From Octopus vulgaris (lineage: Eukaryota), in assembly GCA_951406725.2 (NCBI GenBank), contig OX597815.1, forward strand, positions 50,654,001-50,718,000: 64,000 nt of DNA, given 5' to 3'. Position numbers and translations under genes: made by a program. Of the stretch, positions 13,186-26,800 are shown piece after piece. The first letter of the stretch is position 1; each line of letters begins with the position of its first letter. The notes below the pieces were generated by a model that did no database searches, had not been told where the DNA came from, and saw only the letters and a program-made list of their open reading frames with translations.

Positions 13186-14491
13186 TGAAATTGAGATAAT
13201 ATGAGCAGCTTGTTGGTTTAAAATGCCAAGATCGACTTGTTCTCACATGTAAATGAATGAATTATCCTATTTTTGCTATGTTAATAAGACACAGAAAATT
13301 TGTCTAAAACTTTTGTGAGAAATTTTTTCATAACATCATTAACATACAGAGAACGCATAAAATTCCCATATACTTATTCTGTAATTCTTCTGTAGTTCTA
13401 TTATTCTTTTGTTACACAAATGAGCCTTTCAATCTAGGTTTCCTTGCTCTTACAAATTTCAATAAATTTTGCAAAGGTCTATGAGCATTGTTTAATATTT
13501 GTTCATTCACATGTGAGAGATTTCAAAGTTGGAGCCATAAAACTACCAAAGTTCTAATCAATTTCAAGCTGGTTTATTAACTCAATATAAATATAGGTGA
13601 TTACCTGCTGATGGAATAACAGATTATGAAAATTTATTTGATGGCAGATGCACCATGATTAGAAGGATTCAAACAATTTATGCTGTTTAAAAAAACAACA
13701 TTTTCTAAGTTGATCAAAGGAAGAACAGCGATTCCCATAAGATCTACAGGCTCACCTGGACTGTTGACACTGAAATGGTTGATGGCCAGCCTTAACATCT
13801 GCAAGTCTGAATTCTTCCAACAGAACGAACTTCACAAGACTCCTAAAGAGCAGGTGAAAGATCAAATTGAGTTGTAAGTTGAGTCTAACATCAAATCTTA
13901 CATAATACGGTAAAATCCCTCCAATCCAGCACTATTTGGACCAAAGGGTTGAATTTACTGCTTATCTGATCATCCCTTTTTAAATTACCACACCACCTTA
14001 GAAAACACATTAAAATTTTATATATACATCAGTATTATCATTAACATTCTGCATATCGTGGAAATGAGAGAAACAGGAAAAAATAAAAATATAATTTAAG
14101 TAAAGAACAAGTTTTATTAGCCTAAAAGAATACAGGTACTGTAAATACAGTAAAATAAAATATTGTACTACACTTTGAGAAGCCACAATTCATTTTAGAT
14201 ATAGGAGAAACTTTCTTTCTTTTAATAACAATTAGTTAAGAAAGCCTTGAAATGGTAAAAATGATTACCAGACTTAGTGTAATTTAGTTTCACTGTTCTA
14301 CACTCTGAGCTTAGATCTCACATGTTGAAATAGCCCCTCTCATATGTATATATATATATATATATATATAGTAGTAGTAGTAACAGAAAAGAATGAATTT
14401 TGATTATCTCCACGTGGTGAGTTGTAATATATATAAGAAATTAAAAGAGGAAAATACACACACTTTTCATAGTTTTAATATAATTTTTAAT

Positions 14492-14526
14492 ATATCGACC
14501 GGTTTCGCTTTTGCTATTAATGATGT
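14492..14526 (-). ncRNA. Minimal hammerhead motif, A3:U8 core variant (copy 1, G5 mutated)
   Basis: ACAUC AUUAAUA GC-AAAA-GC GAA ACCGGU C GAUAU. Confidence 0.55.
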
Positions 14527-14700
14527 TAAGGTTTACTTATTTGAATATGTATTTTCTTAAGAAGAAATTTTTGTCCATGTTGTGTGTGATGATATTTGCA
14601 AGTGAATGACTTTGCAAGTAGAAAAAAAGGGGAGAATGATAACCAATTGCCTCCCCTTATTTTTCTACTTGTGAAGTCATATTCAAATAAGTAAACATTA

Positions 14701-14735
14701 ATATCATGAATATCGAAAGCGAAACCGGTCAATAT
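14701..14735 (+). ncRNA. Minimal hammerhead motif, A3:U8 core variant (copy 2, G10.1 mutated)
   Basis: AUAUC AUGAAUA UC-GAAA-GC GAA ACCGGU C AAUAU. Palindromic stem III ACCGGU and a GUC triplet. Confidence 0.6.
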
Positions 14736-14794
14736 ATTAACAATTATATTAAAACTATGAAAAGTGTGTGTATTTTCCTTTTTTAATTCCTTTT

Positions 14795-15120
14795 TTCTCT
14801 TACTTGTTTCAGTCATTTGACTGCGGTCTGGCTGGAGCACTGCCTTCAACAGTTCTAGTTGAATGAATCAGCCCCAGGAATTATTTTTAAAGCCTAGTAC
14901 TTATTCTGTCAGTCTCTTTTGCTGAACCACTAGGTTACGGGGATATAAACGCACCAGCACCAGTTGTCAAATAGTGATGGAGGGACAAACACAAAGACAC
15001 ATACATAGATATAAATACATATATACCATGGGCTTTTTTCAGTTTCCGCCTACCAAATCCACTCACAAAGCTTTGGTTGGCTGAGACAACAGTAAAAGAC
15101 ATTTGCCCAAGGTGCCATGC
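14795..15120 (-). mobile_element. SINE family A
   Basis: CTTGTTTCAGTCATTTGACTGCGG...CCAAATCCACTCACAAAGCTTTGG...TGCCCAAGGTGCCA. Confidence 0.8.
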
Positions 15121-15664
15121 AAGCTGGTGTGCTAATAATCCTGCCAGTTCACTGCCTTAACTTACGGCTATATTTACAACATAATTTGTGGTATTATTGC
15201 TGTTATTTTGAGAGCTAAAATGCATTTTAAAATCTTATTTGTTAATTTAAGGAGGAGAAGCAGTGCCCATGGGGCTTTTTAAATTCTCTTAGATTATAAA
15301 GAGGTGACAATTGGCTGAGTTTAATGGAAGGTGTTACAAAGTGGGAAGGAAGGTACTAGTTGAAAGATAATGACAGATAGTTGTAGTTCTTGGAGAGAAG
15401 AACTTGGACAAATATCTAGTGTACAATCTTAAAAATGATGCCTATCAAAGTGATGGAAGATGAGAAAAATAAGATTGCATTAAAGGATTTTACTTGTCGA
15501 GGGACATACAGTTCACAAGTCCTGAGGAAGTAAAGCCTTTGTAGTAGAGATATCATTTGTCATTTGTGAGTCAATGGTGATAGGATTGTGAGCAAAAGCC
15601 TGCCCATCAAATGGACATCTTTGTCATGTGGGAGAAATGTGCATGCATGTAGGTGTGCGTATGT

Positions 15665-15711
<47 letters not shown>

Positions 15712-16013
15712 TACTTCTGAATATTTGGATATATGCATTAGACATGTGTGTGTGTCCATTATGTGCTTGTTGATTAGCCCAGAGATATGAACAGTATAAT
15801 CTAGTATCGAATCTAGATTCAGATTTAAGGTATTTGTTGACCTCTGAAGAAGCAAGCCATCCTTACTGATGTCATCTGGAGCAAGTGGAAAGTTTTATGT
15901 TACTTTTAAGTCTGAAAAGTTTTTTTGAGATTATTAGATGGAGTATTTGAAAAATGTACCCTCACTGTTTTATAAATATTTAAAAAGAACTCTAAGCAGA
16001 TGTGTGTTTGTGT

Positions 16014-16062
<49 letters not shown>

Positions 16063-16063
<1 letters not shown>

Positions 16064-16420
16064 GCATAGACATAGTTGTGTGTTAAGAAGTTTACTTCCT
16101 AATCACAAGATTCCAGGTTCAGTCCCACTGTGTGGAACCTTGGTTAAGTGTCTTCTACTATAGACTTGGGTCTACCAAAGCCTTGTGAGTGGATTTGGTA
16201 GACGGAAACTGAAAGAAGCTCATCATATATATAGATATGTGTGCGTGTGCATGTGTGTGAGTGTCTTTATATCTGTGTTTGTCCACATAACTAAGCAGTT
16301 AGGCAAAAGTGACCAATAGAATAAGTACCAGGTTAAGAAAAGTCTATTCATTTGACTAGCAACTCTTCAAGGTGGTGCTCCAGCATGGCCACTGTCAAAT
16401 GACTGAAACAAGTAAAAGAT
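16063..16420 (+). mobile_element. SINE family A
   Basis: CAGGTTCAGTCCCACTG...CCAAAGCCTTGTGAGTGGATTTGGTAGACGGAAACTGAAAGAAGC...AAATGACTGAAACAAGTAAAAGA. Confidence 0.85.
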
Positions 16421-16578
16421 ATATATGTGTGTGTGTGGAGAGAGAGAGAATGAATAACATGTAAACTTTAATAGTCTTTCATTTCATTCACCTTCTAAAC
16501 ATTTATTAACTCCTCATGGTAAAGTGTTATCATATTTCAGCATGCATGTATGATCTGTGTGTGTGCGTGTGTGCATGT

Positions 16579-16619
<41 letters not shown>

Positions 16620-18564
16620 GTTAAATGTGTTAAGAAGTTTACTTGAATTCATTTGAAGTGAAACTCAATCAATCTTCTGATATACAATTCAAAAAGTTTA
16701 GTTGAATCCATTCAGTAAAACACGAAATTACTGTCTACAAGTTTCATACCTCTGTTAGGTCCAGGCTGCAGGCTACATTAAAGAAGACACCCTGCCTCCA
16801 TTAATTAACTTCATTATATCATTTATATACTGTAAAGAAACTATTACTATTCTATTCTTATTCAGTTGCTACCACTAAATTTTATGTCTTGTAGCTGGCT
16901 GAATTTTCTCCTCAGATATCCGTGTGGCTGCACCATGAACAATCTTTCACTTTATATGACATTAACTACTCTACACATGCAATGCCTATAAAAACAAAAA
17001 GAGATTCACAATGCATGTTTACTGCTGATGCATTGAATTTTCTTCTTTTATTTTTTTCTTTAAAGGAAAAAACAAAATGAAGTGTCGGTAGACCTGAAGA
17101 TAAATATATGAGGTTTCAGAAATAATCAATGGACTCTCTTTGTGGGATATAGCAGTGGTTATGTAACTAAAAAAGCATAGACATAAGGAATGGAAAAGCA
17201 CATCTTCACAATTTACAAGAACCTACAGATATATTTGGTCTATAGGGCAATAAAGCATAGAGTCTCAGGAAAATAAAGACATGCATATATGCACATATAG
17301 AGGCACATATATGCATAGAAAAACAGGCACATACATAATAATGCACAAAAGAAAAAGGAACACTTGGAATTCATCCCATTACTAATTCATTTCAGTGTTC
17401 TGAGAACATCTCTAAAGATATGGAGATTATAAACAAAGAATCCCTTTCACATCTAGAAGGGTATGTTGTAGCATGATCATCTAAGCCACTTTTCCTGAAT
17501 AGATCTACTGGTGATCTCTTTGTCAGCATTATCACTGTAGGTGAGGGCGAGCAAGAAGAAAGCATTGTCAACAAACAGTTCTTCCAGCACAAACAAAAGG
17601 TCTGCTGCATTATTCACGTATCAGAAACGTTTTCGTATAAGGCACTAAGATATGGGAATGTAAATAAAGGACCAGTTGCAAAGGAATGAAATAAGATGAG
17701 AATGGCATGACAATTGTGTGACTTTCAAGTGATATCTTATTATCCACCAGGCAAATTGTTAATAATAACAGTTTGTCAGTTCAATCACTAGCTAGGGTAG
17801 CAGAATCAATGTACTTTGTTTATATAGTACCCGAAAATGGTCATAGATATTTCATCAGTTGAAATGTAGCCACGAAAATTACAAAGGTCTGTAGACAATA
17901 ATCCAAAAATATCAATAAGTAGGGTGCTCATTCAGTTACATGGATTTTTATATTGTATGAAAGCATTAAAAAAGATGAAAGGTAAGTTTTGCTATAGCCT
18001 CAGATGTTGGTCAACAAGATTATTTAAAGAATTTTCTAGAGGCATGTTTATGTGTCACTGAAGATGAATGCACAGAGACCAAATACAGAATCATTACTTT
18101 GTTATTTGTGAATGTATTGATTACGTAACATGGGTGTATTGTGTATGAACAGAGTTTCAAACTTCTGTTTTATAATAGTCCGACTATAACATTTTTTTCA
18201 CCAACTCTATGAAATAAAGGCAAATTGTTTTACATTTCCTATCCTAAATATTGAAATAAGTTTCAGAGTCTATTTATTTTATGCTGTTTGGTTCTTCTGC
18301 CATAAACACCATTTGCAATTACATATATTCTGGTATTTCAAATATGTTTACACATTCTGAATTGCCCTATCTCTCCATTCTTTTGTGTTTGTATAACAGG
18401 AAAAGCATAGGAGCATGGCAGAAAAGATTTTAAAGTGTGGTGTAAGATAAATGGAGGAGGAAGATGAGATATAATAATTTGAATAACCCTATTCTATTCC
18501 TTAACTGAATGGAGATCGTGGGATGCCTAATTTCTGGTGCTAATATAATTTTAGGACCAATGTA

Positions 18565-19200
18565 CAATGACGATGATGAAGATGATGATGATGGTGGAGG
18601 TGGGTGCTGTTGGTGGTGGTAGTGGTGGTGGTGTTGGTAAAGATGATGATGATGATGATGATGATGACGATGATGACGACGATGATGATTATGATGATGA
18701 TTATGATGATGATGACGATGATGATGATGATAACAATGGCAGTGATGAAAACAGTGAAAGCAATTATGGTAATAAGGAAGAAAATGAGGAGGCGAAAGGA
18801 GGGGGAAGGAAGAAGGAAGATAAGAAAGGAGTTGGTATTGAGTGAGGAAGGAGTTGGAGGAGTTGCCGGGCAAAGAAGGAGTTGGAGGAGGAGGAGCAAG
18901 AGTAGGAGGACAATGAGGAGGAGGAGAACAAGGAGGAAGAAGAGGAGGAGGAGGAAGTAATGGTGTTGATGTGGGGTGGTTAGCAGTGGTGGTGGTGGTG
19001 GTGGTGGTGGTGGTGGTGGCGGTGGTGGTGGTGGTGGTGGTGGTGGTGGTAGTTGGATGGGAATAGAGAACAGAAGGACTTAGGATGAGGATGGAAGGGG
19101 GAGGTAGTGGTAAGATGATGGTGAAAAGGTAGAGATGGTTGTAGAGGTGGAAGGAGAGGAAGAATAGGTGAAAGAGAAGGTAAAAGAGATGGAGGTGGCA
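18565..19200. repeat. Compound GAT/GGT/GGA low-complexity tract
   Basis: Seen directly. Strong purine/G strand skew. Confidence 0.95.
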
Positions 19201-19579
19201 TAAGGCTAAGAAACACTTTCTGGAGATAATTGCTGATTCCTAATCTAATCGTAATCCATACAAAACATTCCAACTTTTTTCTTTTCTTTTTCTTTTTTAT
19301 AGGTCCAAAGAGAATTCCATAATACTCACAGGAAAGGCTTCATATTTTAGAACAAAAGATTTACTATGCATCCTTAAATAGCTTTTCTCTGTACATACTT
19401 ATACAACTGAAACATGTTATTGCTAAATATAGCTTAAAATCTCTGCATTATTAACCACATGTATATTGGCAAAGTCAGTAGAGTGTCAAAGTACTTTCTG
19501 GCTTTCTCTATTTTGAGTTCAATCCCCACAGAGGTTAACTTAGTTTTTTGTTATTTGGGGATTGATAAAATTAAGTTCC

Positions 19580-19944
19580 AACAAGAGCACTCAGAGAGCA
19601 CAATCCTCTGCCAAGGCAAAACCAATGTCCCTCAATAATTAGTTAGAGGTGATTTTTAAAATGAGGATATCTGAAATAAACTCAACTACTCTTACAATTG
19701 AGAATACTGAAAATGAACCCAACCACTCACAAAAATTAAGTAGAAATACAGGAAAAATAATCCAGAATCTTTGTCCGGCACCAGATCAATCCCAAAATCT
19801 AATCAGTTCATACCAGTCATGAAGCCAAACATCCATGAAAGTGTCATCAGAATCCATCCAGCGGTTCTTGAGATATCTTGTCTATGGACAAGCAAATAAA
19901 CATGACTGAAAACAATACCTCTGCCATCACTAAGGCAGAGGTAA
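19580..19944 (+). mobile_element. Non-autonomous Helentron-associated (HINE/DINE-1-like) element
   Basis: Starts AACAAGAGCACTCAGAGAGC, has subterminal CCTCTGCCAAGG and a 3' hairpin TACCTCTGCC-ATCACTAA-GGCAGAGGTA. Three copies in the window. Confidence 0.7.
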
Positions 19945-21453
19945 TAAATTACTCAGGTCAATATAATCATCTGCTTCTTTCCTCAAAATTTCTAGTCTAA
20001 GAATGTCTTGACCAGTTGAAACCCATACATCTGACTGAGCCTTAAACAATAGCAAAGTTTCAACATCAAACCAAAATAAATCTCCTGGCCACAACTTTCT
20101 ATCAACCTACAAACACAGATCTTCCTATATCTTCACTTTCTATATAACTACTTCTCCAGTCTATCAACACCACACTTAATTATCATTTGCACAGTTCCAC
20201 CTGTCCAAAAAAGCAGCTTGCGAAATACTATATAAAGCCAAAACAAAACAGGGCTGATGAAAATCAGCGGGCTAAAACTTTGAAGCTACTGTCAACCATT
20301 TCCTAGTAGAAGTTAGTAAATATATACTCTACTAAATAGTTTAGGCTATCCTCTAATGCTAAATTCCATTACATAAACTTGACATAAAACAAAAATTAGT
20401 AAATATGCATATATATGTCATATATATGATACATGTATTTATGTATATAAGTATGTATGTATGCATCTATCTATCTATCTATCTATCTCTCTATATATAT
20501 ATATATACACACACACACGTGTGTGTGCATATGTATGTATGCATATGCACATATACATATACCTATATACATACACACATATATAAACACACATACATAT
20601 GTATATAGCTATATATACATGCAAACATATACAGTAGGGATTCCACACAGTTTCACTCATTCAAATTCTACTCACAAAATATTGCTCACCTTGAGCCTAT
20701 TATAGAAAATATTTACCCAATGTGGCACACATGATAATCTTATGGTACTTACACTGAAGAATTTTAATAACTAAACTGAATTATACCCTTAAAGGAGCCT
20801 ACTTGCTAGAAATAGTAGCCAAACCTCCTTTATATTGCAACCTAACCACTTAAAACTGGAGAGATATTGCTGTGATAGTTGTAGACAGATTGCATCTGAA
20901 AAAGAAAAGAAATAACGAACAAAAAATAGTATGGTTTTCACTGAAATTCCTTTGATCATAGGTCAGCGGATCAGGGCTGTTGAATTAGTATTGATAATAT
21001 AAAACCTTAACACTGTTTGTATGTTATTTCTCAATGTTTGCTTTTGTTTTTCTATTTATTTTGCTGAGTTCCAATAAAAATTTATAATGCTCTCTTATAG
21101 TGACAGTTATTGCAGTTATATGTCAATAATGCTATGATTGAATATAAATATATACAATTTCCTAGCTGAACTATATCATTAAATACAGTAAAGTAAGGAA
21201 AGCAAGGAATTTGCAATACAATCATCAGTATTAAACCAATTATTTGAAAAGAAAATTATTAATTATGAGCTTATATTTTTCATTCTCATTTAAATGATAA
21301 TTATGTATAAAAGAAACCCAAAGAGATTTTGTTATTATTTTTTGTTAATATCACGATATAATTCTAGGGGATATATTTTTCAGTATTATTAACATTCAAT
21401 AAGATTGAAAGTATTACTTTTATTGTATTTTTGTAGTTCTTGATGTTGTTGTG

Positions 21454-21509
<56 letters not shown>

Positions 21510-21524
21510 CATTATCGTCATTGT

Positions 21525-21825
21525 TGCTTACTTTTAATTTGCACGTTTGATGCAATCACTTACCAGGACATACCCAGTACTCTAGGGCAAGTGAAGGTTA
21601 AGAGATGTTGAAATATAACTGAAAGCTTGATGAGGGGAAGTGGCAAGGGCAGTAGAGAAATACTTTCATTCAAACCAACACAAATATTCAATTTGATAGG
21701 GTTTTTGTAAGGATGTGGACAGTACTTCTCAGTACATTCTTTTGGATTTCCCTGAGACATGGTTCTCCTGGGATGTTGTCTAAATATTTCTGGCAACATT
21801 TTTTTTATCATACCTAGGGCACCTA
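21525..21825 (-). mobile_element. R4/Dong-like LINE 3' fragment
   Basis: Homologous to 51700-51995 (GALGMIKK...EIQKNVLRSTVHIL). Flanked by (TTA)n. Confidence 0.75.
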
Positions 21826-21887
21826 TATTATTATTATAATCATTATCATCATCATCATTATTATCATCATCATTATTGTTATTGCTG

Positions 21888-22091
21888 AAGGCGATGGGCT
21901 GGTAGAATTGTTGGCACGCTGAGCAAAATGCTTTGCAGCATTTTGTCTATCTCTCCATCCTGAGTTCAAATTCCACCATAGTCGTCTTTACCTTTCATCC
22001 TTTCAGGGCTGATAAAATATGTACCAGTTGAGCACTGGGGTCGATGTAATCAACTTACACCCTCCCCTAAAATTGCTACCCTTGTACCAAA

Positions 22092-22092
<1 letters not shown>
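21888..22092 (+). mobile_element. SINE family B
   Basis: GAGTTCAAATTCC B box and CTTTCATCCTTTCAGGG...GTACCAGTTGAGCACTGGGGTCGATGTAATC. Confidence 0.8.
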
Positions 22093-22166
<74 letters not shown>

Positions 22167-22293
22167 TTGCTTTGTATTTATACAAGTTGACCTCAAGTCT
22201 CATCCAGAGACCTCAAGTGACAAGTTTGAAGTTCAAGCTGGTATTATCACTAGAGTGCTATATTTTTGGTTTTGCACAAACTATTGTTCTATG

Positions 22294-22324
<31 letters not shown>

Positions 22325-22326
<2 letters not shown>

Positions 22327-22552
22327 TATTATTTAAGGCATCACACAATATCCAATATCATGATGTCTACTGGGGGTTTGTACTATCTGTCAACTCACAA
22401 CAAGGACCTCAGACAGACAGTATTTTCACAATATGTGTGCAGTTCCAAGTAATGCCGATTTTTGCAATACACCTAGATTGTAGGATATTTCTAAAGTTTC
22501 CAGATGTTTCTTCAGGTTGGGTGGTATTGAACCCAATGCTCTGGACCATTGC
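22325..22552 (-). mobile_element. R4/Dong-like LINE 3' fragment
   Basis: - strand reads ALGSIPPNLKKHLETLEISYNLGVLQKSALLGTAHIL, an RLE-domain C-terminus. Abuts (TTA)n. Confidence 0.75.
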
Positions 22553-22646
22553 AGGATTCCTGTATGTGTTTTCTGCTTGTTTGTGCATTTATTATATGTT
22601 TTTTTTTCCTTATATCTATCTATATCTATATCTATCTATCTAGCTA

Positions 22647-22685
<39 letters not shown>

Positions 22686-22814
22686 TTTATCGTTTACTCA
22701 TTTCAGTCATTAGACTGCAGCCCAGCAGGTAAGGACTGACAAAATGTTGGTAAGCATCTTCCTTGGCATGCTGACAAGTCTGCCAGCCCACCATCTTTGA
22801 TGATCTTTGATATT

Positions 22815-23025
22815 GATTTCAAATTTTGGCACAAGACCAGCAATTTTGGGGGAGGGGGAAGATCAATTACATCAATCCCAGTTCAACTGGTGCTTATTTT
22901 ATTGACCCCGAAAAGATGAAAGGCAAAGTCAACGTCAGTAGAATTTGAACTGAGAACATAAAGACAGATGAAATGTCACTAAGCATTTTACCTGGCAAGC
23001 AAAAAATTCTGTGAGCATGCCACCT
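22815..23025 (-). mobile_element. SINE family B
   Basis: TTTTATTGACCCCGAAAAGATGAAAGGCAAAGTCAAC...GAATTTGAACT. Confidence 0.8.
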
Positions 23026-23389
23026 CTGATGATCTTTGATATTTATAAAAGTTAAATCTTTTTTTTCTAACCTTCCTGTTCATATGAAATACCTTATTCC
23101 AAAGCATATTACTTTGTCATTCCATGAAATCTTCTGTTGCATGTCTTCATACTATTTCATTTCTGTGTTGCCATAGTTTCAAGAGTATGAATCCTCTAAT
23201 TCTTTCATGTCTGTTTATATAATATGGCTAAGAGTAGGCAACTAGAAACTATGTGGTTATTTCTTGTGTGTTTATATTTGTTTGTATATATGTTTTAAAT
23301 TTCTCGAAGATTTACCACTCAATTAACATTTGCAAAACTAAGACAGAAGCAAAACACTTATACAGCTACAGTACATGTGCTGCAGGTAC

Positions 23390-23895
23390 AGTTGTTGTTG
23401 TTGTTGATGTTGTTGATGTTGTTGTTGTTGTTGATAATGATAATGGTGGTGGTGGTGGTAGTGGTGGTGGTAGTGGTGGTGGTGGTGGTGGTGGTGGTGG
23501 TGGTGGTGGTGGTGGTCATGGTGATGATGCAGAGTGCTGATAATAGGATAATGACGAAGGGATGATGAGGAGGGGCAGAAGGACGATGAAGAGAAGGAAC
23601 TTCGTGTCTCTATCTTCCCCTTTAGCTTTTCCTCCTCCTCATCCTCGTTATCATTATCATCATGAGAAAAAGGAAGAAAAGGAGCTGTAAAAGAAATAAG
23701 GGGAAGAAAAGCGGAACAAGAGCAATGGAATAGGAGATGGATGAAGGAAAGGAGATTGCAAAGGAAAGAGGATGATATAAGGCAAAAGAGAAGGAAGGAA
23801 GGAAGGAAGGAAGGAAGGAGGGAAAGATAATAGCAATGCATTTAACCATCACTTCTACTGCCACCAGCAAAGCTGTTGCTGACAATAATGATGAT
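23390..23895. repeat. Compound GTT/GGT/GGAA low-complexity tract
   Basis: Seen directly. Confidence 0.9.
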
Positions 23896-26800
23896 TAAAA
23901 TAGACAAAAACATAAACATTGAGTTAAGGTAATATAAGTATCTTGAAGTGAATCTAAAAATTAATATTTTGAAATCCAGTTACTAATGAATACATTTGAA
24001 TTCCTTAAGGGTATTTTTTTTAAGGTATTTTTATCTTGCTGAAGAGGAAAAAATATAAACCACCCACTCCAACTTTACCACCACCCCCATTAGATTTAGA
24101 GTTGGTTATCATTGTAATGATTGTTGAATGATGACACTGCTTAAGGATATGTTATCAGATGTCTCACTTTCAAGATATACAAACTAGAAATTGTGGTACT
24201 TTTAGTTTGAAATAGGTATTAGGGAAAGATAGAGAAAGTTCATTATACTCCAGAAAATTCAAGATATTCTAGAAAATAATCAGCAAGTTATCAGTTCTGT
24301 TTTTATTTGGCCATTGGCATCATTTTAGGAAGTGAAGGACATGGTGCTTGAAAAACATGATAAAGAATAAAAGAAAAAAATAGAATTTTTTTTTAAATAA
24401 GCCAAGTAGTGTACAAAGTCTTTGAAAGCATAATAAAACTAAGTTTTGAAAGAATGTAGAAAAGAAAAACTCAAATTATCATGAAAAATTGTGCTAAATA
24501 TCAATATTATTATTCTTCATGGAATTTCTTCACAAAAACATAACAACATTTATTTTTATAAAACTGTTTCTTTTTTTTAAGTACCAAAGAATAACAATTT
24601 TACAATTTTCTGTGTCTTGTTTTTTGTGTTGTTTTTGTTCATGTTGGTGTTCTTTTTAAGGGTGGGTTGGGGAAGCAAAAGGAATTTGTAGGTGTGATAA
24701 AATGAAGAACAAGACAAAATATCAGGAAAAGAACGCTGACTCTACTTTAAAATATCAGCAATGAAATAAAACTACTTAAAAGAGTTGTAGAGGCTTTCAA
24801 ATCATGCTGTGTTCATATGAACACATTATAACTTAGCTCAAATTATTTCTAAGGAGAGTACCAGATGTCTACAGTAATAATTATAAAGGGATCTTTTTTT
24901 TTTCCTTCAAGTTTCTACCATTTCATATTCAGAAATATTACAGAGTAATATTTATGTACTATAAGTCATGATCACATGGCTTTTAAACTTTCCGTAATAA
25001 TCTTTTAATGCATATCATTAATTTTAACCATAATACTCTGACATTTATTGAGTGGATTCTCAAAAAAATTTAACATTAATTTTGTTATTCTCCAGAGACC
25101 ATTTCTACAAAGTGTAAATCCATCATTCTAATAAATGAAGGATACTCAACTGATAAATTTTAATTTTTTTCTAAATTTGTAAAACAGCTATTTATTTATT
25201 TATGATAAAAATATAATATATTTGGAAGAATAATCTCTGAACAAACAGAGCCTTAGGGTGAAATTCTGTGTATTCAAGTGACTGTCCTAAAGGGAAATAT
25301 TTTCAAAATAAATCTTCTAACAAATATTCATGAAATGTTCTAATTATTGAAACTTGAAAGCAATACCAAAATTACCTCTTGCATATATAAGGAAAAATGG
25401 TATCCTTTTGGAGATTAGATATAGTTATTGTAATAAAGGGAAATGAATTAGACAAGAGTAAGTTTATTTCAATTTAAGATAAATATTTTAATTTTGATTT
25501 TTTTTTTCTTTATTTATCTTTATTTATTGTAGGAAAAATTGTTCAAAAGTTAAATTTATTTTCAAAAGATTTAAACATGATACAAAATAAACAAAAATAC
25601 AAGTCATATAAATAAAGTCAATTTAGATCAAATTAAGCTGAATTAAAAATAAGAATTAGCAAAATCAAATTAAGGTGAGAACAAGACATGAACTGAAAGT
25701 CTGAAAGTATCATCTATATTGCAAAAGACATTGAAAGTAATTCATTAATGAATGATAGGACTTCATCAAAACAAATTAAGATTCAATAATTTACATATGT
25801 TTCCATTAGGTATCATAATGACATACGTCATATTAGTGATTTTTTTCAAGCAAGAATATATTTGGAGTTTCAGATCGAAAAAGCAAATCATAGCAGCACA
25901 TTTCATCAAACAGTAATTAAAGCAATCACTTCTTATATCAATTACTATTATAAACTTTGTTTAATAATTAATCTACCAGATTCTGATTATTTTTGTGGCT
26001 TTAACATTTTTTTCTTAAAAGAGTAACAATGACAAATTAGTTCATTAAAAAGGAAAGCTAATGTGTAACACACTTAATAAATGAAAAGATAAATGCCTAT
26101 ATAGAGTTGAAGAACGGGATAGTCAAATATTGAATGTTTTCATAAAAAATTCAAATAAATTCTCACATAAGTTCCTTTAACAAAAATAAAAAAAGCAAGG
26201 CAAAAGTAGGCAAAAGTTTTTTTTTAAATTAAATAAATATTTTTTTCTTTTTCTATATTCTAAATTAGTTTGTATAGTTCAGCCACATGGTCTAAATTTT
26301 AAGGAATTTCTGCTAATAATTTTTAAATCAAAAATATTTTACTTTCAATGAAACTGATCTCACGGAATAAACTGCATTACCCAATTAATAGAATTAAACT
26401 TCAAAATAACACTCGTCAAAAGTATTTAAGAATTACAAAGACTTGGAAAATTTGGTGATAATACAGGATGAAGAGTCGCATAATTAATTTCATTTCTGTC
26501 AACTTATGCACACACATACACACACACATACACACACACACATTCATAAAGAGGAATTTTTAAAAAATGAAATGAAATAAAATAGAAAATATAAGACTAA
26601 TGAAAGATATTTTTTAATGTTTAATCTGGAAATTCTCTTTTCATTAGCAATGTGGAAACTGAGTTTTCTACAATATTTTATTTTAAGCATTATAATTTAG
26701 AGTTCATTTGGTATAAGGGTCTGCTAGCTTTTTATCTTCTTTCAAATTTTGTTTGAAATGTGTTTTTTATCGTTAGTGTTTTTTTCTTTCTTCTGTCTAA

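Larger units (their letters stand above)
14439..14788. repeat. Inverted repeat, about 110-bp arms (14439-14549 / 14678-14788), Penelope pLTR-like
   Basis: GGAAAATACACACACTTTTCATAGTTTTAATATAATT...GACCGGTTTCGCTTT...TTTACTTATTTGAATATG is mirrored in the right arm. Confidence 0.92.

Noticed and set aside
17395-17700. Possible exon or P/THAP-like transposase remnant (ESLSHLEGYVV)
   Set aside because: In-frame stops and only a weak motif resemblance. It cannot be supported.
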